DNA of 64,000 nucleotides, taken from assembly GCA_951406725.2 (NCBI GenBank), contig OX597832.1, positions 26,660,001-26,724,000 on the forward strand, read 5' to 3'. Within the stretch, counting starts at the first letter, position 1. Each line of letters starts with the position of its first letter. The translations under genes and the position numbers were made by a program. The notes beneath the pieces are model-generated. The model saw nothing but the letters and a program-made list of their open reading frames with translations. It did no database searches and was not told where the DNA came from. This DNA is from Octopus vulgaris. Taxonomy: Eukaryota. Positions 63,757 to 64,000 of this stretch are shown here, one piece after another.

Positions 63757-63949
63757 TTTTACTCTTTTACTTGTTTCAGTCATTTGACTGCGGCCATGCT
63801 GGAGCACCGCCTTTAGTCGAGCAACTCGACCCCGGGACTTATTCTTTTGTAAGCCCAGTACTTATTCTATCGGTCTCTATCGGTAAACACACCAGCATTG
63901 GTTGTCAAGCAATGCTAGGGGGACAGACACAGACACACAAACACACACA

Positions 63950-64000
<51 letters not shown>
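63757..64000 (-). mobile_element. SINE family A 3' half (runs off right edge)
   Basis: Match to family tail. Confidence 0.8.

Overview
AT-rich, microsatellite-dense animal genomic DNA. The SINE, RTE and Penelope-type repeats look like those of an octopus (coleoid cephalopod); this assignment is my inference. One protein-coding gene runs on the minus strand: an ARHGAP45/ARHGAP29 (HMHA1/PARG1/GMIP family) Rho-GAP. I reconstructed nine coding exons with canonical GT-AG junctions and matching phases (804 nt, 268 codons). They cover the N-terminal helical domain and the start of the F-BAR domain, and the gene continues off the left edge. The rest is intron or upstream sequence packed with tRNA-derived SINEs, 5'-truncated RTE and CR1-group LINEs, a Tc1 remnant, non-autonomous Helitrons, MITEs and mini/microsatellites. 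Almost all long ORFs in the supplied track are repeat artefacts. The main hidden signal is about nine minimal type-I hammerhead-ribozyme motifs in short Penelope-like elements, often inverted-repeat and mostly abutting (TA)n tracts. Two look structurally intact: 46288-46348 (-), in sense orientation inside intron 3, and 59197-59307 (+).
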